Numbered from the stretch's first letter, positions 1 to 11,447 are shown. The stretch is 39,496 nucleotides of DNA from Candidatus Omnitrophota bacterium (GCA_043811335.1 JBDRNI010000040.1:1-39496); one strand, 5' to 3'. Translations and numbers: made by a program. The notes: generated by a model from the sequence alone, not told the origin.

Positions 1-98
1 TGATAGCGCCGGTGGCGTTGGAAAAAGAGTTAAGATTTGCGATACGTGAAGGCGGACGCACTGTAGGCGCGGGAGTGGTCTCAGAAGTGATCGCCTGA
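1..98 (+). CDS. tuf: elongation factor Tu, 3' end only (gene begins left of the window)
   Basis: The frame starting at nt 3 reads [31 protein letters not shown]. It is nucleotide-identical to the end of the complete tuf at 14454..15650. Confidence 0.95.
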   Translation, partial: IAPVALEKELRFAIREGGRTVGAGVVSEVIA

Positions 99-129
99 TA
101 ACGGAGCGAGGACAAAATGGCTAAGAAGA
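1..129 (+). repeat. Exact duplicate of 15553..15681: tuf 3' end, 18-nt spacer and the first 13 nt of the next gene
   Basis: By-eye comparison shows identity from the window edge through ATGGCTAAGAAGA. The copies diverge at nt 130 versus 15682. Confidence 0.9.
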
Positions 130-287
130 AGGGCTCAACAGAAATAGTAGCGCTGCAGTGTGAAAACTGCAAGCAGCGTAATTATACGATAATAAAGAAC
201 AAAAAAAACAACCCGGATCGCATGACGCGGAGTAAATATTGCAGGTTTGAACGCAAGCATACGCCGCATAAAGAATCAAAGAACTAA
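117..287 (+). CDS. rpmG: 50S ribosomal protein L33
   Basis: 56-aa ORF not in the track: [56 protein letters not shown]. It has the CxxC motif of L33 and sits in the usual tuf-rpmG-tRNA-secE-nusG context. Confidence 0.9.
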   Translation: MAKKKGSTEIVALQCENCKQRNYTIIKNKKNNPDRMTRSKYCRFERKHTPHKESKN

Positions 288-332
288 CAAGAGAAGAATG
301 CAGCAGTAGCCCGGTACAGGCGTGTTTTTAGA

Positions 333-408
333 AGGAGAGTAGCTCAATTGGTAGAGCACCGGTCTCCAAAACCGGGGGTTGCAGGTTCGAGACCTGTCTC
401 TCCTGCCA
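333..408 (+). tRNA. trnW: tRNA-Trp (anticodon CCA), encoded 3' CCA
   Basis: A cloverleaf can be drawn by hand. Acceptor AGGAGAG/CTCTCCT, D arm GCTC-AATTGGTA-GAGC, anticodon arm CCGGT-CTCCAAA-ACCGG, T arm GCAGG-TTCGAGA-CCTGT, then discriminator G and CCA. Total 76 nt. Confidence 0.9.
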
Positions 409-440
409 CGAGAATCAGAGAGATATGAAGGTATAAGCGT

Positions 441-632
441 ATGATAAAAATCGGGATCTTTATAGGACAGGTAAGAGGCGAGATGCGGAAAGTTTCCTGG
501 CCGTCGCGGCCGGAACTGCTCAATTCCACGATTATCGTGCTTGTGACAACTCTCATGCTTGCCGTGTTCATTGGGTTGTGCGATGTGGTTATTTCGCGCA
601 TTGTTAATGTGCTGATACGAGGAGTTTTTTGA
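441..632 (+). CDS. secE: preprotein translocase subunit SecE
   Basis: 63-aa protein with a single C-terminal TM helix (STIIVLVTTLMLAVFIGLCDVVI). It lies immediately upstream of nusG. Confidence 0.85.
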   Translation: MIKIGIFIGQVRGEMRKVSWPSRPELLNSTIIVLVTTLMLAVFIGLCDVVISRIVNVLIRGVF

Positions 633-1165
633 TGGCGAAAAAATGGTACGTGATACATACGTTGACTGGGAAGGAATATACCGCGAAGAAGGCCCTTGAG
701 GGACGGCTGGAAAGCGACCCCGAAAACAAAAAATTCATAAGCCAGATATTGATACCGACAGAAAAGGTGTCTGAGATCCGTGAAGGAGAGAAAAAAATAA
801 CGGAAAGAAAATTTTTTCCGGGTTACATCCTCATAGAAATGGAGCTTAACGATAAGAGCTGGTATCTCGTGAAAGATACCCCGGGAGTTTCCGGGTTTGT
901 CGGTGCCAAGACAAAGCCCGTGGCGCTTGCCGAGAGTGAAGTGAAAGAGATCCTGCAGCAGACGAAAGAGGCTAAGGAAAAACCGGTTCCGAAAGTGCTC
1001 TTTAGACAGGGAGAGGCGGTTCGCGTCAAGGAAGGTCCGTTTAAGAATTTTTCCGGAACCATCGAGGACTCTAACCTGGAAAAAGGAAAGATCAAAGTAA
1101 TGATCTCGATCTTCGGCAGAACCACGCCGGTGGAACTGGAAGCCTGGCAGATAGAAAAAATATAG
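632..1165 (+). CDS. nusG: transcription termination/antitermination factor NusG
   Basis: [15 protein letters not shown]... is an NGN domain and the C-terminal [19 protein letters not shown] is a KOW motif. The ATG at 632 lies 7 nt after GAGGAG. The track start at 629 is a TTG one codon upstream. Confidence 0.93.
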   Translation: MAKKWYVIHTLTGKEYTAKKALEGRLESDPENKKFISQILIPTEKVSEIREGEKKITERKFFPGYILIEMELNDKSWYLVKDTPGVSGFVGAKTKPVALAESEVKEILQQTKEAKEKPVPKVLFRQGEAVRVKEGPFKNFSGTIEDSNLEKGKIKVMISIFGRTTPVELEAWQIEKI

Positions 1166-1179
1166 GGAGCGGCAGAGAA

Positions 1180-1602
1180 ATGGCAAAGAAGATCAAAACT
1201 ATGATAAAGCTTTATTGTCTGGGAGGAAAGGCAACTCCGGCCCCTCCGGTCGGTCCGGCGCTGGGTCAGCACGGTATTCCGATAATGGATTTCTGCAAGA
1301 AGTTTAACGACGCAACAAAAGACAGAGAGGGCCTGACGCTGCCGGTCGTGATAAGCCTGTATGAAGACAAGACGTTTTCGTTTATCGTAAAAAGCCCTCC
1401 GGCGAGTGTTCTTCTGAAAAAAGCGGCCGGGATCGCGAAAGCAAGCGGAAATCCGAAAACGGAGAAGGTGGGTAAGGTATCTATAAATCAGGTCAAGGAG
1501 ATAGCGAAGCAAAAGATGGAGGATCTCAACGCAGTTGACATGAAAGGCGCAGTGGAGATCATAAAGGGGTCCGCCCGAAGCATGGGGATAGAGGTTGAAT
1601 GA
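1180..1602 (+). CDS. rplK: 50S ribosomal protein L11
   Basis: [14 protein letters not shown] motif and conserved gene order. Confidence 0.96.
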   Translation: MAKKIKTMIKLYCLGGKATPAPPVGPALGQHGIPIMDFCKKFNDATKDREGLTLPVVISLYEDKTFSFIVKSPPASVLLKKAAGIAKASGNPKTEKVGKVSINQVKEIAKQKMEDLNAVDMKGAVEIIKGSARSMGIEVE

Positions 1603-2294
1603 TGGCCAGAACAAGCAAGAGACGAAAAAAAATAGAAGAACTTGTTGATAGAAAAAAAGAATACACGCTGACAGAAGCTGTTTCTGTGTTAAAGAACGGC
1701 CCGAAGACCGGGTTTGACCAGACGATCGAAGTGGCGATAAAAATTTCGCTGGATCAGACGACCAATCCCATAAGGGGCACCGTCAGTTTGCCGCACGGCA
1801 CGGGGAAAAAGACCCGTATTGCGGTTTTCTGCAAGGGCGATTTTGTGGACCAGGCCAAAGAAGCGGGCGCCGATCATGTAGGCGGCGACGAATTGGTGCA
1901 GAAAGTTGCCGGCGGATGGATGGATTTTGACGTGGCGGTTGCGACGCCCGACATGATGAGAGAACTTGCGAAACTCGGCAAGGTGCTTGGCCCGCGCGGG
2001 CTGATGCCGAACCCGAAGTCCGGAACGGTCACGACCGAGATCGGCAAGGCGGTGCGGGAATTACACGCCGGCAAGATTGAATACAGAATGGATAAACAGT
2101 CGGGTATCAAAGCACCCGTCGGAAAACTTTCTTTCAGTGAAGAGGTTTTGAAAGAAAACATCGATTTTTTTATAAAGGCGGTTTTGACGGCCAATCCAAA
2201 AATACAGAGGACCCAAAGCTTGCGGTCGGCAGTCGTCAGTTCAACAATGGGTCCCGGGCTCAGACTGGACAAGAGCCAGTTCAGGCAAGGTTGA
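1602..2294 (+). CDS. rplA: 50S ribosomal protein L1
   Basis: [10 protein letters not shown]... with [11 protein letters not shown] and [10 protein letters not shown] motifs. The ATG at 1602 has better SD spacing (GAGG 7 nt upstream) than the adjacent ATG at 1599. Confidence 0.93.
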   Translation: MARTSKRRKKIEELVDRKKEYTLTEAVSVLKNGPKTGFDQTIEVAIKISLDQTTNPIRGTVSLPHGTGKKTRIAVFCKGDFVDQAKEAGADHVGGDELVQKVAGGWMDFDVAVATPDMMRELAKLGKVLGPRGLMPNPKSGTVTTEIGKAVRELHAGKIEYRMDKQSGIKAPVGKLSFSEEVLKENIDFFIKAVLTANPKIQRTQSLRSAVVSSTMGPGLRLDKSQFRQG

Positions 2295-2324
2295 GTATTG
2301 TTGAGTATTTAGGGAGATAATATT

Positions 2325-2873
2325 ATGGCAGTAAAATACGGAAGAAAAGTCAGAGAGTTAATGACCTCCGAGATGAAGGACGTTTTCACGAAAAATAAGG
2401 GTTTTGTGGTCGCCGGCATTGAGCACGTGAAGGCGACAGACATGAATGTGTTCCGCAGGAAGATGAGAAAATCAGGGTCGCGGTACATGGTCATTAAAAA
2501 CCGTCTGGCCGCTCTTGCGCTCAAGGACGCCGGAATAGACGATGGTCTTTCCGAAACGATCGGCGAGAAAAGAATTCTCGGCCTCGGGATAATAAACGAT
2601 GATCCCGTGTGTGTTGCCAAGCTCATGATGGAATTCTCGAAAGTGAACAAGGGTTTTGTGGTTTTGCGGGGATATCTGGATGGGCAGACCCTTGAGGCAA
2701 AAAAGATAGAAGAGCTTTCCAAACTGCCCGGGCGCGAACAGCTTCTTGCCATGGTCGCCGGCACGTTGAACGCTCCGATAACGCGGTTTGCCGCCGTGTT
2801 AGCATCTATCATAAAGAGTGTGATGTATGCGTTGAATGCACTGAAAGAAAAAAAAGAAAAGAGCGACAGCTGA
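2325..2873 (+). CDS. rplJ: 50S ribosomal protein L10
   Basis: Position between rplA and rplL, L10-like sequence, and a GGGAG SD. Confidence 0.92.
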   Translation: MAVKYGRKVRELMTSEMKDVFTKNKGFVVAGIEHVKATDMNVFRRKMRKSGSRYMVIKNRLAALALKDAGIDDGLSETIGEKRILGLGIINDDPVCVAKLMMEFSKVNKGFVVLRGYLDGQTLEAKKIEELSKLPGREQLLAMVAGTLNAPITRFAAVLASIIKSVMYALNALKEKKEKSDS

Positions 2874-2894
2874 TTTTTGTTAAGTCAACAATAA

Positions 2895-2972
2895 GAACAC
2901 AGAGGACACTGAAGAAGACAGAGGACACTGAATTCTGTGTTCTCTGAAAATTCAGTGTTTTCAGTGTTGCAA
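2895..2972. repeat. Family A palindromic element, copy A1 (rplJ|rplL spacer)
   Basis: ACAGAGGACACTGAA occurs twice (2899-2913, 2918-2932), opposed by TTCAGTGT twice (2951-2958, 2960-2967). GAACACAGA (2895-2903) pairs with TCTGTGTTC (2933-2941). The element ends GTTGCAA, directly before SD AAGGAGG and the rplL ATG. Confidence 0.85.
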
Positions 2973-2982
2973 AGGAGGAAAA

Positions 2983-3519
2983 ATGCTAGAGGAAAAGAAA
3001 GAAAAAGAACAGGCAAAAGCCGCTGAGGCACCCGAAAAGGCGCCGGACGCTGTAAAAACACCGGCCCCGGGAAAAACCGAGACCGTTGTGGCCGAAAAAA
3101 AAGCCGAGGTGAAAAAACCCAAGGTGAAGCTCTCCGCAAAATTGGAAGGCCTTATCAAGAATATAGAAGAAATGAGTGTTCTTGAGCTTTCTGATCTTGT
3201 AAAGGCCATTGAGGACAGATTTGATGTCAGTGCCGCCGCTCCGGTAGCGGCCATGACAGTCGCCGGGGCAGCAGGCGCAGGAGCGACAGCCGCCGGCGCA
3301 GAAGAAAAGAATGTCTTCACTGTTGTTCTTGCTGAGATTGGTCCGAAAAAGATCAATGTTATCAAGGAGGTCAGGGCTTTGACGAATCTCGGGCTTAAAG
3401 AGGCGAAAGACCTGGTAGAATCGGCCCCGAAAGAGATCAAAGAAGGTCTCATGAAAGAAGAAGCCGAAAAAATGAAGAAACAGCTTGAAGCTGTCGGTGC
3501 GAAGGTCGAGCTGAAGTAA
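2983..3519 (+). CDS. rplL: 50S ribosomal protein L7/L12 with a 47-aa K/E/A/P-rich N-terminal extension
   Basis: Canonical L12 starts near residue 48 ([35 protein letters not shown]), followed by an Ala-rich hinge and a CTD ending VGAKVELK. The ATG at 2983 has a strong AAGGAGG SD. An alternative GTG lies at 3124. Confidence 0.9.
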   Translation: MLEEKKEKEQAKAAEAPEKAPDAVKTPAPGKTETVVAEKKAEVKKPKVKLSAKLEGLIKNIEEMSVLELSDLVKAIEDRFDVSAAAPVAAMTVAGAAGAGATAAGAEEKNVFTVVLAEIGPKKINVIKEVRALTNLGLKEAKDLVESAPKEIKEGLMKEEAEKMKKQLEAVGAKVELK

Positions 3520-3541
3520 ATATACTTTGGGAGCTTCAATA

Positions 3542-3597
3542 GGTTAAAGGTAAAAGGTCAAAGTTTTTTCTTGAACCTTGAGCCTTTAATCTTTTTA
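3542..3597 (+). terminator. possible intrinsic attenuator between rplL and rpoB
   Basis: Imperfect A/U-rich hairpin: TTAAAGG (3544-3550) pairs with CCTTTAA (3583-3589), and AAGGTCAA pairs with TTGAACCTT. A TTTTT run follows at 3593-3597. An attenuator at this position is known in E. coli. Confidence 0.4.
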
Positions 3598-3646
3598 TGG
3601 GGTTTCCGGAACGTTGGTGACACAAAAAAAGAGGACGGAGTGCAGA

Positions 3647-6600
3647 ATGACTGTTAAAGTCAAGCGAAAAAGTTACACCAGGCTAAAACAGGTTTATGAT
3701 ATTCCCAATCTACTCAAGATCCAAATTGACTCGTACGCGGAGTTCCTGCAGCGCTTTGTGCCGAAGACAAAAAGGGCAAACCGCGGGTTGGAATGCCTTT
3801 TTCGTGAAGTGTTTCCGATCACTAGCCAGAACGGCGTGTACCGGCTTGAGTATCTGTATTACGATATAGCTCGTCCGAAATACGATACGGAGGAGTGCAA
3901 GCACCGTTCTCTCACATATGCGGCGCCTCTCCGGGTAAAACTGCGCCTGCGGCTGGAAAACGAGATAAAAGAGCAGGAAGTCTATATGGGGGAGATCCCC
4001 CTCATGACGGATGTAGGCACCTATATCATCAACGGTGACGAACGGGTCGTCGTGAGTCAACTCCATCGGTCACCGGGGATATCGTTTGAGGAAAGCGCTT
4101 CGCCCGGCAGCAAACCGATCTATTCGGCACGGCTTATCCCTGACAGAGGCGCGTGGATAGAATTTCTGTTTGATAAAAATGACCTGCTTTATGTATACAT
4201 TGATCGCAAGAGAAAATTTCTGGCCACGACATTTCTGAGGATTTTCGGTCTGTCCAGAGACGGAGATATTCTCAAGGCGTTCGGCGGCGTGGAAGAAGTG
4301 CTGTTAACGCGCGAGAAACAGTGCGAAGAACTGATAGACCGCGTTCTCGCTGAAGATATTGTTGACGAGAATTCTTCTTCCATATTGGCTCAGCAGATGG
4401 AAAAGATCACGCCTGCTGTCGCAAACCGGATGTGGGGAAACAAGATCCGAAAAGTCAAATTATTGCAGTCAATCCCCAAAGAGATAATAAACACGCTGGA
4501 GCACGACGGAACAAAGACCAGAGAAGAAGCATATCTTGATGTTTACCGCAAGCTTCGCCCGGGTGATCCTCCGACCCTTGAGGCCGCCAAGGATCTGCTT
4601 GCTCAGATGTTTTTTGACAAGAGGCGGTATAATCTCACCGATGTCGGCATGCGCATGATAAACCGCAAACTCGGGTTGAACCGCGCGCTTGATGCTCAAC
4701 TGCTTGACGGCGAAACGCTGGTTCAGGCGATCAAAGCCCTGCTTGAGATAAAGTCAGGGAAAAGAAGCATAGATGATATTGATCATCTCGGTAACAGACG
4801 TATAAGATGCGTGGGTGAGCAGCTTTCCAATCAGATACGCATAAGCATGGCCCGTGTCGAACGAGTGGCTAAGGAGAGAATGAGCGTTTACGAGATGAGC
4901 GAAGTCATGCCGCACAATATCGTCAACACGAAACTCATCACGAGCGTGATCCATGATTTTTTTGCAAGGGGAAGATTATCGCAGTTCATGGACCAGACGA
5001 ACCCGCTTGCCGAGCTGACGCATCTCAGAAGATTGAGCGCGCTTGGTCCGGGCGGCCTTAACCGTGAACGCGCCGGTTTTGAAGTTCGTGACGTTCACTA
5101 TTCGCACTACGGCAGGTTATGTCCGATCGAGACCCCGGAAGGTCCGAATATCGGCCTTATCAATTCGCTCAGCACCTATTCCGGAGTTGATGAATTCGGT
5201 TTTTTGGTTACGCCCTATCGCAAGGTAGAGAAAAAACAGGTTCTGGATACCGTGGAGTATCTTTCCGCGGATATAGAGGATAAATACATCATCGCCCAGG
5301 CGAACTCGCCTCTCGACGGACAGGGACATTTTAAGGAAGATAAGGTGTTCTGTCGGTTTAAGGACGATTTTATCCTTGCTTCAGCCGCTGATGTTCAGTA
5401 TATGGACGTTTCCCCGCTTCAGCTCGTGAGTATCTGCGCGGGGCTCATACCTTTTCTGGAACATGATGACGCAAACAGAGCGCTCATGGGGTCCAACATG
5501 CAGAGACAGGCTGTTCCGCTCCTGTTTCCCGAGGCTCCGCTTGTCGGAACAGGACTGGAGTATCGCACGGCGAAAGATTCCGGCGCGCTGGTCATTGCGC
5601 AAAAGGGCGGAAGTGTTACCAAGATTGACGGAAAAGAGATAGTGGTGTCCGGAGAAAAATATTCCCTCAAGAAATTTGAGAGAACCAATGCCAGAACAAG
5701 CGTTAATCAGAGACCGGTCGTGAAACTCGGAGAAACTGTCAAAGCAGGGGATCTCCTTGCCGACGGCATTTCAACGGATAACGGTGAACTTGCGCTCGGA
5801 AAGAACGTTCTGGTCGGTTTCATGTCATGGCGGGGATACAATTTTGAAGACGCGATTCTCATAAACGAGAACCTGTTGAAGGAAGACGCGTTTACATCCG
5901 TTCACATACACCGATTCGAGTTGGAAGCGCGCGATACAAGACTCGGCAACGAAGAAGTGACGGGAGATATTCCCAATGTTGGCGAAGAAACCCTCAAAAA
6001 TCTGGATGAGAACGGTATTATTTGCATTGGCGCGGAAGTGGCCGCGGGAAGCATATTGGTAGGGAAGGTCGCTCCCAAATCCGAGACCGAGCTTTCGCCG
6101 GAAGAAAAACTGCTGCGAGCGATCTTCGGAGAAAAAGCCGGTGATGTTAAGGATGTGTCGCTCCGAGTCCCTTCGGGGATCAGCGGCATAGTTGTTGATG
6201 TCAAGGAACTCTCGCGCAAGAACAGAAAAACTCTGACAAAGAATCAGCGGGGAAGCGATTCCGCCGAGAGAAAGATCGTTGAAGAGGGCTATCGGAACAT
6301 TATTGAACAGCTGGAGCTCAAAAAGGCCGAGAGAGTTTTTCAGCGTCTGGTCGGGAGCAAACTGGTAAATGGGATTGAAGACTTAAAAACGGGAAAGATC
6401 CTGATAAAAGCAGGGAAACTGATAACAGATGAAGATCTTCCAAAATTTAAGCAGGCAATATTGGACGACCTTTGCGTGGATAACGACGAAAAACTCCAGA
6501 TAAGGATCAACAATATCGTTGCGACTGCCGACAGCCAGATCGAGCAGACAATGATAGAGATGGAAAGGGATCTGGACAGGATAAAACACGGCGATGAACT

Positions 6601-7363
6601 TCCGCCCGGGGTTTTGCGCCGGATAACCGTTTTTGTCGCGAGTAAGAAAAAACTTCAGGCCGGCGATAAAATGGCAGGAAGACACGGTAACAAGGGGGTT
6701 ATTGCCAAGATAGTGCCGGAAGAAGACATGCCGTATCTTCCGGATGGCACGCCTCTGGATATCGTCTTGAATCCGCTCGGGGTTCCGAGCCGGATGAATA
6801 TCGGACAGTTGCTGGAGACACAGCTTGGGTGGGCGGCAAAAGTGCTGAATAGGAAATTCACTTCGCCGGTTTTTGACGGCGCGAATGAAAAAGACATACG
6901 CGATATAATGAAAGAAGCTAAACTGCCGGAAACGGGCAAGACGGCGCTTTCCGACGGATTTACCGGGAAACCGTTCGATCAGCATGTCACGGTCGGATAC
7001 ATATATATGATGAAACTGGCGCATCTGGCCGATGATAAGATGCATGCCAGGTCCATAGGGCCATATTCGCTGGTTACTCAACAGCCCCTTGGAGGAAAAG
7101 CCCAGTTTGGCGGACAAAGGTTCGGGGAAATGGAAGTATGGGCGCTTGAGGCGTACGGCGCCGCATATACACTTCAGGAGCTTCTCACGGTCAAGAGCGA
7201 TGACGTGGTCGGCCGCACGAAGATATACGAGACCATAGTCAAGGGGGAAAACATGCTTGAACCGAGCACCCCGGAGTCGTTCAATGTTCTTGTCAAGGAA
7301 CTGCAGAGTTTGGGTCTTGATATCAATTTTGAGCAAAGCGAAAAATATTCCCAAGGAGTGTAA
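3647..7363 (+). CDS. rpoB: DNA-directed RNA polymerase subunit beta
   Basis: 1238-aa protein with hallmark rpoB motifs ([27 protein letters not shown]). The ATG at 3647 lies 7 nt after GGAG. The track start at 3614 is an upstream in-frame TTG. Confidence 0.97.
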   Translation: MTVKVKRKSYTRLKQVYDIPNLLKIQIDSYAEFLQRFVPKTKRANRGLECLFREVFPITSQNGVYRLEYLYYDIARPKYDTEECKHRSLTYAAPLRVKLRLRLENEIKEQEVYMGEIPLMTDVGTYIINGDERVVVSQLHRSPGISFEESASPGSKPIYSARLIPDRGAWIEFLFDKNDLLYVYIDRKRKFLATTFLRIFGLSRDGDILKAFGGVEEVLLTREKQCEELIDRVLAEDIVDENSSSILAQQMEKITPAVANRMWGNKIRKVKLLQSIPKEIINTLEHDGTKTREEAYLDVYRKLRPGDPPTLEAAKDLLAQMFFDKRRYNLTDVGMRMINRKLGLNRALDAQLLDGETLVQAIKALLEIKSGKRSIDDIDHLGNRRIRCVGEQLSNQIRISMARVERVAKERMSVYEMSEVMPHNIVNTKLITSVIHDFFARGRLSQFMDQTNPLAELTHLRRLSALGPGGLNRERAGFEVRDVHYSHYGRLCPIETPEGPNIGLINSLSTYSGVDEFGFLVTPYRKVEKKQVLDTVEYLSADIEDKYIIAQANSPLDGQGHFKEDKVFCRFKDDFILASAADVQYMDVSPLQLVSICAGLIPFLEHDDANRALMGSNMQRQAVPLLFPEAPLVGTGLEYRTAKDSGALVIAQKGGSVTKIDGKEIVVSGEKYSLKKFERTNARTSVNQRPVVKLGETVKAGDLLADGISTDNGELALGKNVLVGFMSWRGYNFEDAILINENLLKEDAFTSVHIHRFELEARDTRLGNEEVTGDIPNVGEETLKNLDENGIICIGAEVAAGSILVGKVAPKSETELSPEEKLLRAIFGEKAGDVKDVSLRVPSGISGIVVDVKELSRKNRKTLTKNQRGSDSAERKIVEEGYRNIIEQLELKKAERVFQRLVGSKLVNGIEDLKTGKILIKAGKLITDEDLPKFKQAILDDLCVDNDEKLQIRINNIVATADSQIEQTMIEMERDLDRIKHGDELPPGVLRRITVFVASKKKLQAGDKMAGRHGNKGVIAKIVPEEDMPYLPDGTPLDIVLNPLGVPSRMNIGQLLETQLGWAAKVLNRKFTSPVFDGANEKDIRDIMKEAKLPETGKTALSDGFTGKPFDQHVTVGYIYMMKLAHLADDKMHARSIGPYSLVTQQPLGGKAQFGGQRFGEMEVWALEAYGAAYTLQELLTVKSDDVVGRTKIYETIVKGENMLEPSTPESFNVLVKELQSLGLDINFEQSEKYSQGV

Positions 7364-7368
7364 AAAAT

Positions 7369-10300
7369 ATGTTGCGCAAGGTAAACAGATTTGACAAGGT
7401 CAAGATACAGATAGCTTCTCCTGAAAAGATCAAGGCTTGGGCCACGCGCAAGGTTGGCTCGAGGAGCGTGCTATTTGAGGTAAAGAAGCCGGAAACGATC
7501 AATTATCGGACATTAAAACCTGAGAGGGACGGGCTTTTTTGCGAGCGTATATTCGGTCCTACCAAGGATTTTGAATGTAACTGCGGCAAATACAAGAGAA
7601 TAAAGCACAAGGGCATTGTCTGTGACCGTTGCGGCGTTGAAGTGATCAAATCAAATGTCCGCCGCGAAAGAATGGGCTGTATCAAACTGGCCGCGCCCGT
7701 TTCACACGTGTGGTTTTTTAAGGCCATTCCTTCCCGCATGGCCAATATGCTTGACATGAAAATGAGGGACATGGAGAGGGTTCTTTACTATGAACAGTAT
7801 GTGGTGACGGATCCCGGCGAGACGCCTCTCAAAAAGAAAGAGATGCTGACAGAGGATCAGTATATCAAGGCGAAAGAAGAATATGGGAGCGGCTTCAAGG
7901 CCATGATGGGGGCTGATGGTATTCGCGAATTATTGAAAGAGATGGATCTTAACGCCATATCCGCGGAATTAATAGCGAAAATGAGCGAGAAAAAAGATCT
8001 AAATACCAAGAAAAGGCTGATGAAAAGGTTGAAGGTCATTGAGACATTCCGCAAGAGCGGCAATAAACCGGAATGGATGGTACTGGATGTTGTTCCGGTG
8101 ATCCCTCCCGATCTTCGGCCGCTTGTTCCGTTAGAAGGCGGCAGGTTCGCAACAAGCGATCTCAACGATCTTTATCGGAGAGTTATTAACAGGAATAACA
8201 GGCTTAAAAAGCTTCTGGAGCTGAAGGCCCCGGAAGTTATCGTGCGGAACGAAAAACGGATGTTGCAGGAAGCTGTTGATGCCTTGTTTGATAACGGCAG
8301 GCACGGCCGCGAAGTCGTGGGATCCGGAGGACGGCCGTTAAAGTCGCTTGCGGATATGCTTAAAGGCAAACAGGGCCGTTTTCGTCAGAACCTGCTCGGA
8401 AAACGCGTGGATTATTCCGGACGTAGTGTTATCGTGATCGGGCCGGAGCTTAAACTGAATGAATGCGGCCTGCCAAAGGTCATGGCGCTGGAACTGTATC
8501 AGCCGTTCATTATCAGAAAATTGAGAGAAAAAGGGTTTGTCCATACTATAAAAAGCGCGAAAAAAATGGTCCAACAGGAAAACCCCGAGGTATGGGACAT
8601 ACTTGATGATGTTATCAGAGACCATCCCGTAATGCTAAACCGGGCTCCGACCCTGCATCGTCTCGGGATACAGGCGTTTCAGCCCAAACTGGTTGAAGGT
8701 AAAGCTATACGCGTTCATCCGCTGGTCTGCGCCGCGTTTAACGCGGACTTTGACGGCGACCAAATGGCAGTGCATCTACCTCTGTCTATGGAAGCACAGA
8801 TGGAAGCCCGGCTTATAATGAATGCCGCTAATAATATCTTTTCGCCCGCGAACGGCCGTCCGATAGCAACTCCTTCACAGGATATAGTTCTGGGTGTGTA
8901 TTATCTTACCAAGATGAAGACGAAGGCCAGGGGGGAAGGAAAGATATTCGCGGATAAAGAAGAAGTCATAATGGCTTATCAGGACGAAGAGGTTGATAAG
9001 TTTGCCAAGATAAAACTCCGCGTGAACGGGAAGCTCATAGAGACCACCGTCGGAAGGGCTATATTCAACGATATACTTCCCGAAGGGATGCCCTTTTACA
9101 ATGAGCCGATGAACAAGAAAGCCGTGAGTCAGGTTATTTCCGATTGTTATAAACTTAAGGGGCACGCGGCGACAGTTGAATTGCTGGATGAGATCAAGAA
9201 GCTTGGGTTTGAAGAATCCACGCTTTCAGGGGCTTCCATGGCTGTTTCTGATCTCAGTGTTCCCGCGGAAAAGGCGAAAAAACTGGCTCTTGCGCAAGTT
9301 GAGGTGGATAAGATCCACGGGCAATACCAGAGAGGGCTTATAACCGACGGTGAAAGATATAACAAGATCATTGACACATGGACGCATGTCACCGAAGACG
9401 TTTCAGCCCTGGTGTTTCGCCATCTTGACAGTTTCAACCCTGTTTTCATGATGGCCGATTCCGGGGCCAGAGGATCCCGGCAGCAGATCCGTCAGCTTGC
9501 GGGGATGAGGGGACTCATGGCCAAGCCCTCCGGCGAGATCATTGAAACTCCCATTACCGCGAATTTCCGAGAAGGTCTGACAGTGTTGGAATATTTTATT
9601 TCCACTCACGGCGCGCGTAAAGGACTGGCTGACACGGCGTTGAAAACGGCCGATTCCGGGTATCTTACCAGAAGGCTGGTTGACGTTGCGCAGGATGTTA
9701 TAATTCGTGAGCCTGACTGCGGAACACTTAACGGGATCACCGTCTCGGCCATAATTGAAGGCGATGAAGTGGTTGCTTCCCTCGCGGAACGTATTTCCGG
9801 CAGAGTCGGATTGGATAACATCGCGGATCCTCTCACAGGGAATATCGTTATCAGATCAGGCGAAGTTATAAGCGATGAACAGGCCGAGGAAATAGAAAAA
9901 ATACCCATGCTGGAAAGCGTGCGTATCAGAAGCGTTCTGACGTGTGAAGCGGAACAGGGAGTTTGCGCAAAATGTTACGGACGGAATCTCGCTACCGGAA
10001 AGATCGCGGATGCCGGGGAAGCCGTCGGTATCATTGCAGCGCAGTCCATCGGGGAACCGGGCACTCAGCTTACGATGAGGACGTTTCACATCGGAGGAAC
10101 CGCCAGCAGGATAATAGAGCAGTCCTTTTTCAAGAACAAGGAACCGGGCGTTGTAAAATATCACAACCTTAAAGTCGTTGAGAGCAGGGAGAAGGGCGTG
10201 TTCGTTGTTCTTAACAGAAGCGGCCAGATAAGCATCAATGAGATTGACGGCCGCGAGATAGAGCGGCAGATAATTCCGCAAGGGTCCTATGTTTTTTATG

Positions 10301-11424
10301 CGGACGGCGCGCCTATAAAGAAAAAGACGAAATACGCCGAGTGGGATCCATATACGATCCCGATATTGACGGAAGTTAACGGTAAGGTTCAGTATGAGGA
10401 CATCAAGAAAGATATTACGATGAAGATCGAGACGGATGAGGCAACGGGCGTGAAAAACAGAGTCGTGATCGATCAGAAAGGCGACTATCATCCGCAGCTT
10501 CTTATCCTGAACGGGAAGGGTGATGTTGAGGCGATCTATCCTCTTCCGGTCAATGCTCATATTGCGGTCAAGGACAAGGAAGAGGTCAAGGCCGGTGACG
10601 TACTGGCCAAGATGCACAGGGTGTTGACAAAGACAAAGGATATCACGGGAGGTCTACCGCGTGTGGCTGAGCTTTTTGAGGCCAGAAAACCGAAAGATCC
10701 TTCCATTATCAGTGAGATAGCGGGAACGGTTGAGTTTGGCGAATCAAAAAAGGGTGAGAAAAGAATAATCGTTGAAAGTGAAGCGGGGATGAGGAAAGAA
10801 TATGTTATCCCTCACGGGAAGCATCTTAATGTATACCGCGGGGATGTCGTTTCAGCGGGGGAACAGCTTGTTGACGGACCTGTGGTGCCGCAGGATATCT
10901 TGCGGGTTTCGGGAGAGAAAAAACTTCAGGAATATCTTCTTAATGAGATTCAGGAAGTATATCGTTTGCAGGGCGTGCAGATAAACGACAAGCATATTGA
11001 AACGATCATCAGGCAGATGCTCAGGAGCGTCAAAATAACGGACTCCGGGGATACCAGTTTTCTCGACGGTGATAAAGTGGAGAAGACTATTTTTAAAAAA
11101 GAGAACGAGAGAATGATAAAGAAGAAGAAAAAACCCGCGTCTGCCGAGCCCGTTCTTCAGGGCATAACGAAGGCCTCGCTCACTACGGAAAGTTTTATCT
11201 CGGCCGCGAGTTTTCAGGAAACCACGAGGGTTTTGACGGAAGCGGCCGCAGCCGGAAAAACGGACAATTTGACGGGCCTGAAAGAGAATATCATCATGGG
11301 GCATTTGATACCAGCGGGAACGGGATATGAAGAGCACAGAAAAATCTCGCTGGTCCGTGAGGTATTAAAAGAAGAAGTAAAAAAAGTAGAAGAAGGTAGC
11401 ACTGAGGACACTGAAAAGAACTGA
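7369..11424 (+). CDS. rpoC: DNA-directed RNA polymerase subunit beta'
   Basis: 1351-aa protein with a Zn finger ([23 protein letters not shown]) and the catalytic [12 protein letters not shown] motif. The last ~8 codons lie inside repeat copy A2. Confidence 0.97.
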   Translation: MLRKVNRFDKVKIQIASPEKIKAWATRKVGSRSVLFEVKKPETINYRTLKPERDGLFCERIFGPTKDFECNCGKYKRIKHKGIVCDRCGVEVIKSNVRRERMGCIKLAAPVSHVWFFKAIPSRMANMLDMKMRDMERVLYYEQYVVTDPGETPLKKKEMLTEDQYIKAKEEYGSGFKAMMGADGIRELLKEMDLNAISAELIAKMSEKKDLNTKKRLMKRLKVIETFRKSGNKPEWMVLDVVPVIPPDLRPLVPLEGGRFATSDLNDLYRRVINRNNRLKKLLELKAPEVIVRNEKRMLQEAVDALFDNGRHGREVVGSGGRPLKSLADMLKGKQGRFRQNLLGKRVDYSGRSVIVIGPELKLNECGLPKVMALELYQPFIIRKLREKGFVHTIKSAKKMVQQENPEVWDILDDVIRDHPVMLNRAPTLHRLGIQAFQPKLVEGKAIRVHPLVCAAFNADFDGDQMAVHLPLSMEAQMEARLIMNAANNIFSPANGRPIATPSQDIVLGVYYLTKMKTKARGEGKIFADKEEVIMAYQDEEVDKFAKIKLRVNGKLIETTVGRAIFNDILPEGMPFYNEPMNKKAVSQVISDCYKLKGHAATVELLDEIKKLGFEESTLSGASMAVSDLSVPAEKAKKLALAQVEVDKIHGQYQRGLITDGERYNKIIDTWTHVTEDVSALVFRHLDSFNPVFMMADSGARGSRQQIRQLAGMRGLMAKPSGEIIETPITANFREGLTVLEYFISTHGARKGLADTALKTADSGYLTRRLVDVAQDVIIREPDCGTLNGITVSAIIEGDEVVASLAERISGRVGLDNIADPLTGNIVIRSGEVISDEQAEEIEKIPMLESVRIRSVLTCEAEQGVCAKCYGRNLATGKIADAGEAVGIIAAQSIGEPGTQLTMRTFHIGGTASRIIEQSFFKNKEPGVVKYHNLKVVESREKGVFVVLNRSGQISINEIDGREIERQIIPQGSYVFYADGAPIKKKTKYAEWDPYTIPILTEVNGKVQYEDIKKDITMKIETDEATGVKNRVVIDQKGDYHPQLLILNGKGDVEAIYPLPVNAHIAVKDKEEVKAGDVLAKMHRVLTKTKDITGGLPRVAELFEARKPKDPSIISEIAGTVEFGESKKGEKRIIVESEAGMRKEYVIPHGKHLNVYRGDVVSAGEQLVDGPVVPQDILRVSGEKKLQEYLLNEIQEVYRLQGVQINDKHIETIIRQMLRSVKITDSGDTSFLDGDKVEKTIFKKENERMIKKKKKPASAEPVLQGITKASLTTESFISAASFQETTRVLTEAAAAGKTDNLTGLKENIIMGHLIPAGTGYEEHRKISLVREVLKEEVKKVEEGSTEDTEKN

Positions 11425-11447
11425 GAACACTGAATTCAGTGTCGCAA
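11399..11447. repeat. Family A element, short copy A2 (overlaps rpoC 3' end, precedes rpsL)
   Basis: ACTGAGGACACTGAAAAGAACTGAGAACACTGAATTCAGTGTCGCAA, followed by AGGAG and the rpsL ATG. Confidence 0.8.

Noticed and set aside
344-1186. Long minus-strand ORFs opposite conserved genes: 344..1186, 6383..7354, 9856..10617, 12189..13502, 20130..21668, 24023..25408 and others
   Set aside because: Each lies antisense to an unambiguous, highly conserved + strand gene (nusG, rpoB, rpoC, fusA, the rplP-rplX block, rplR-rplO). The translations are low-complexity with no recognisable motifs, and several span multiple + strand genes and repeat spacers. These are shadow ORFs.
3614-3646. Upstream alternative starts given by the track for rpoB (TTG 3614), nusG (TTG 629), rplO (24879), rpsD (29585), mutS (TTG 31958) and mutL (34792)
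   Set aside because: In each case a downstream in-frame ATG has a properly spaced Shine-Dalgarno and gives the conserved N-terminus. The extensions run through repeat elements, a hairpin or the preceding gene.
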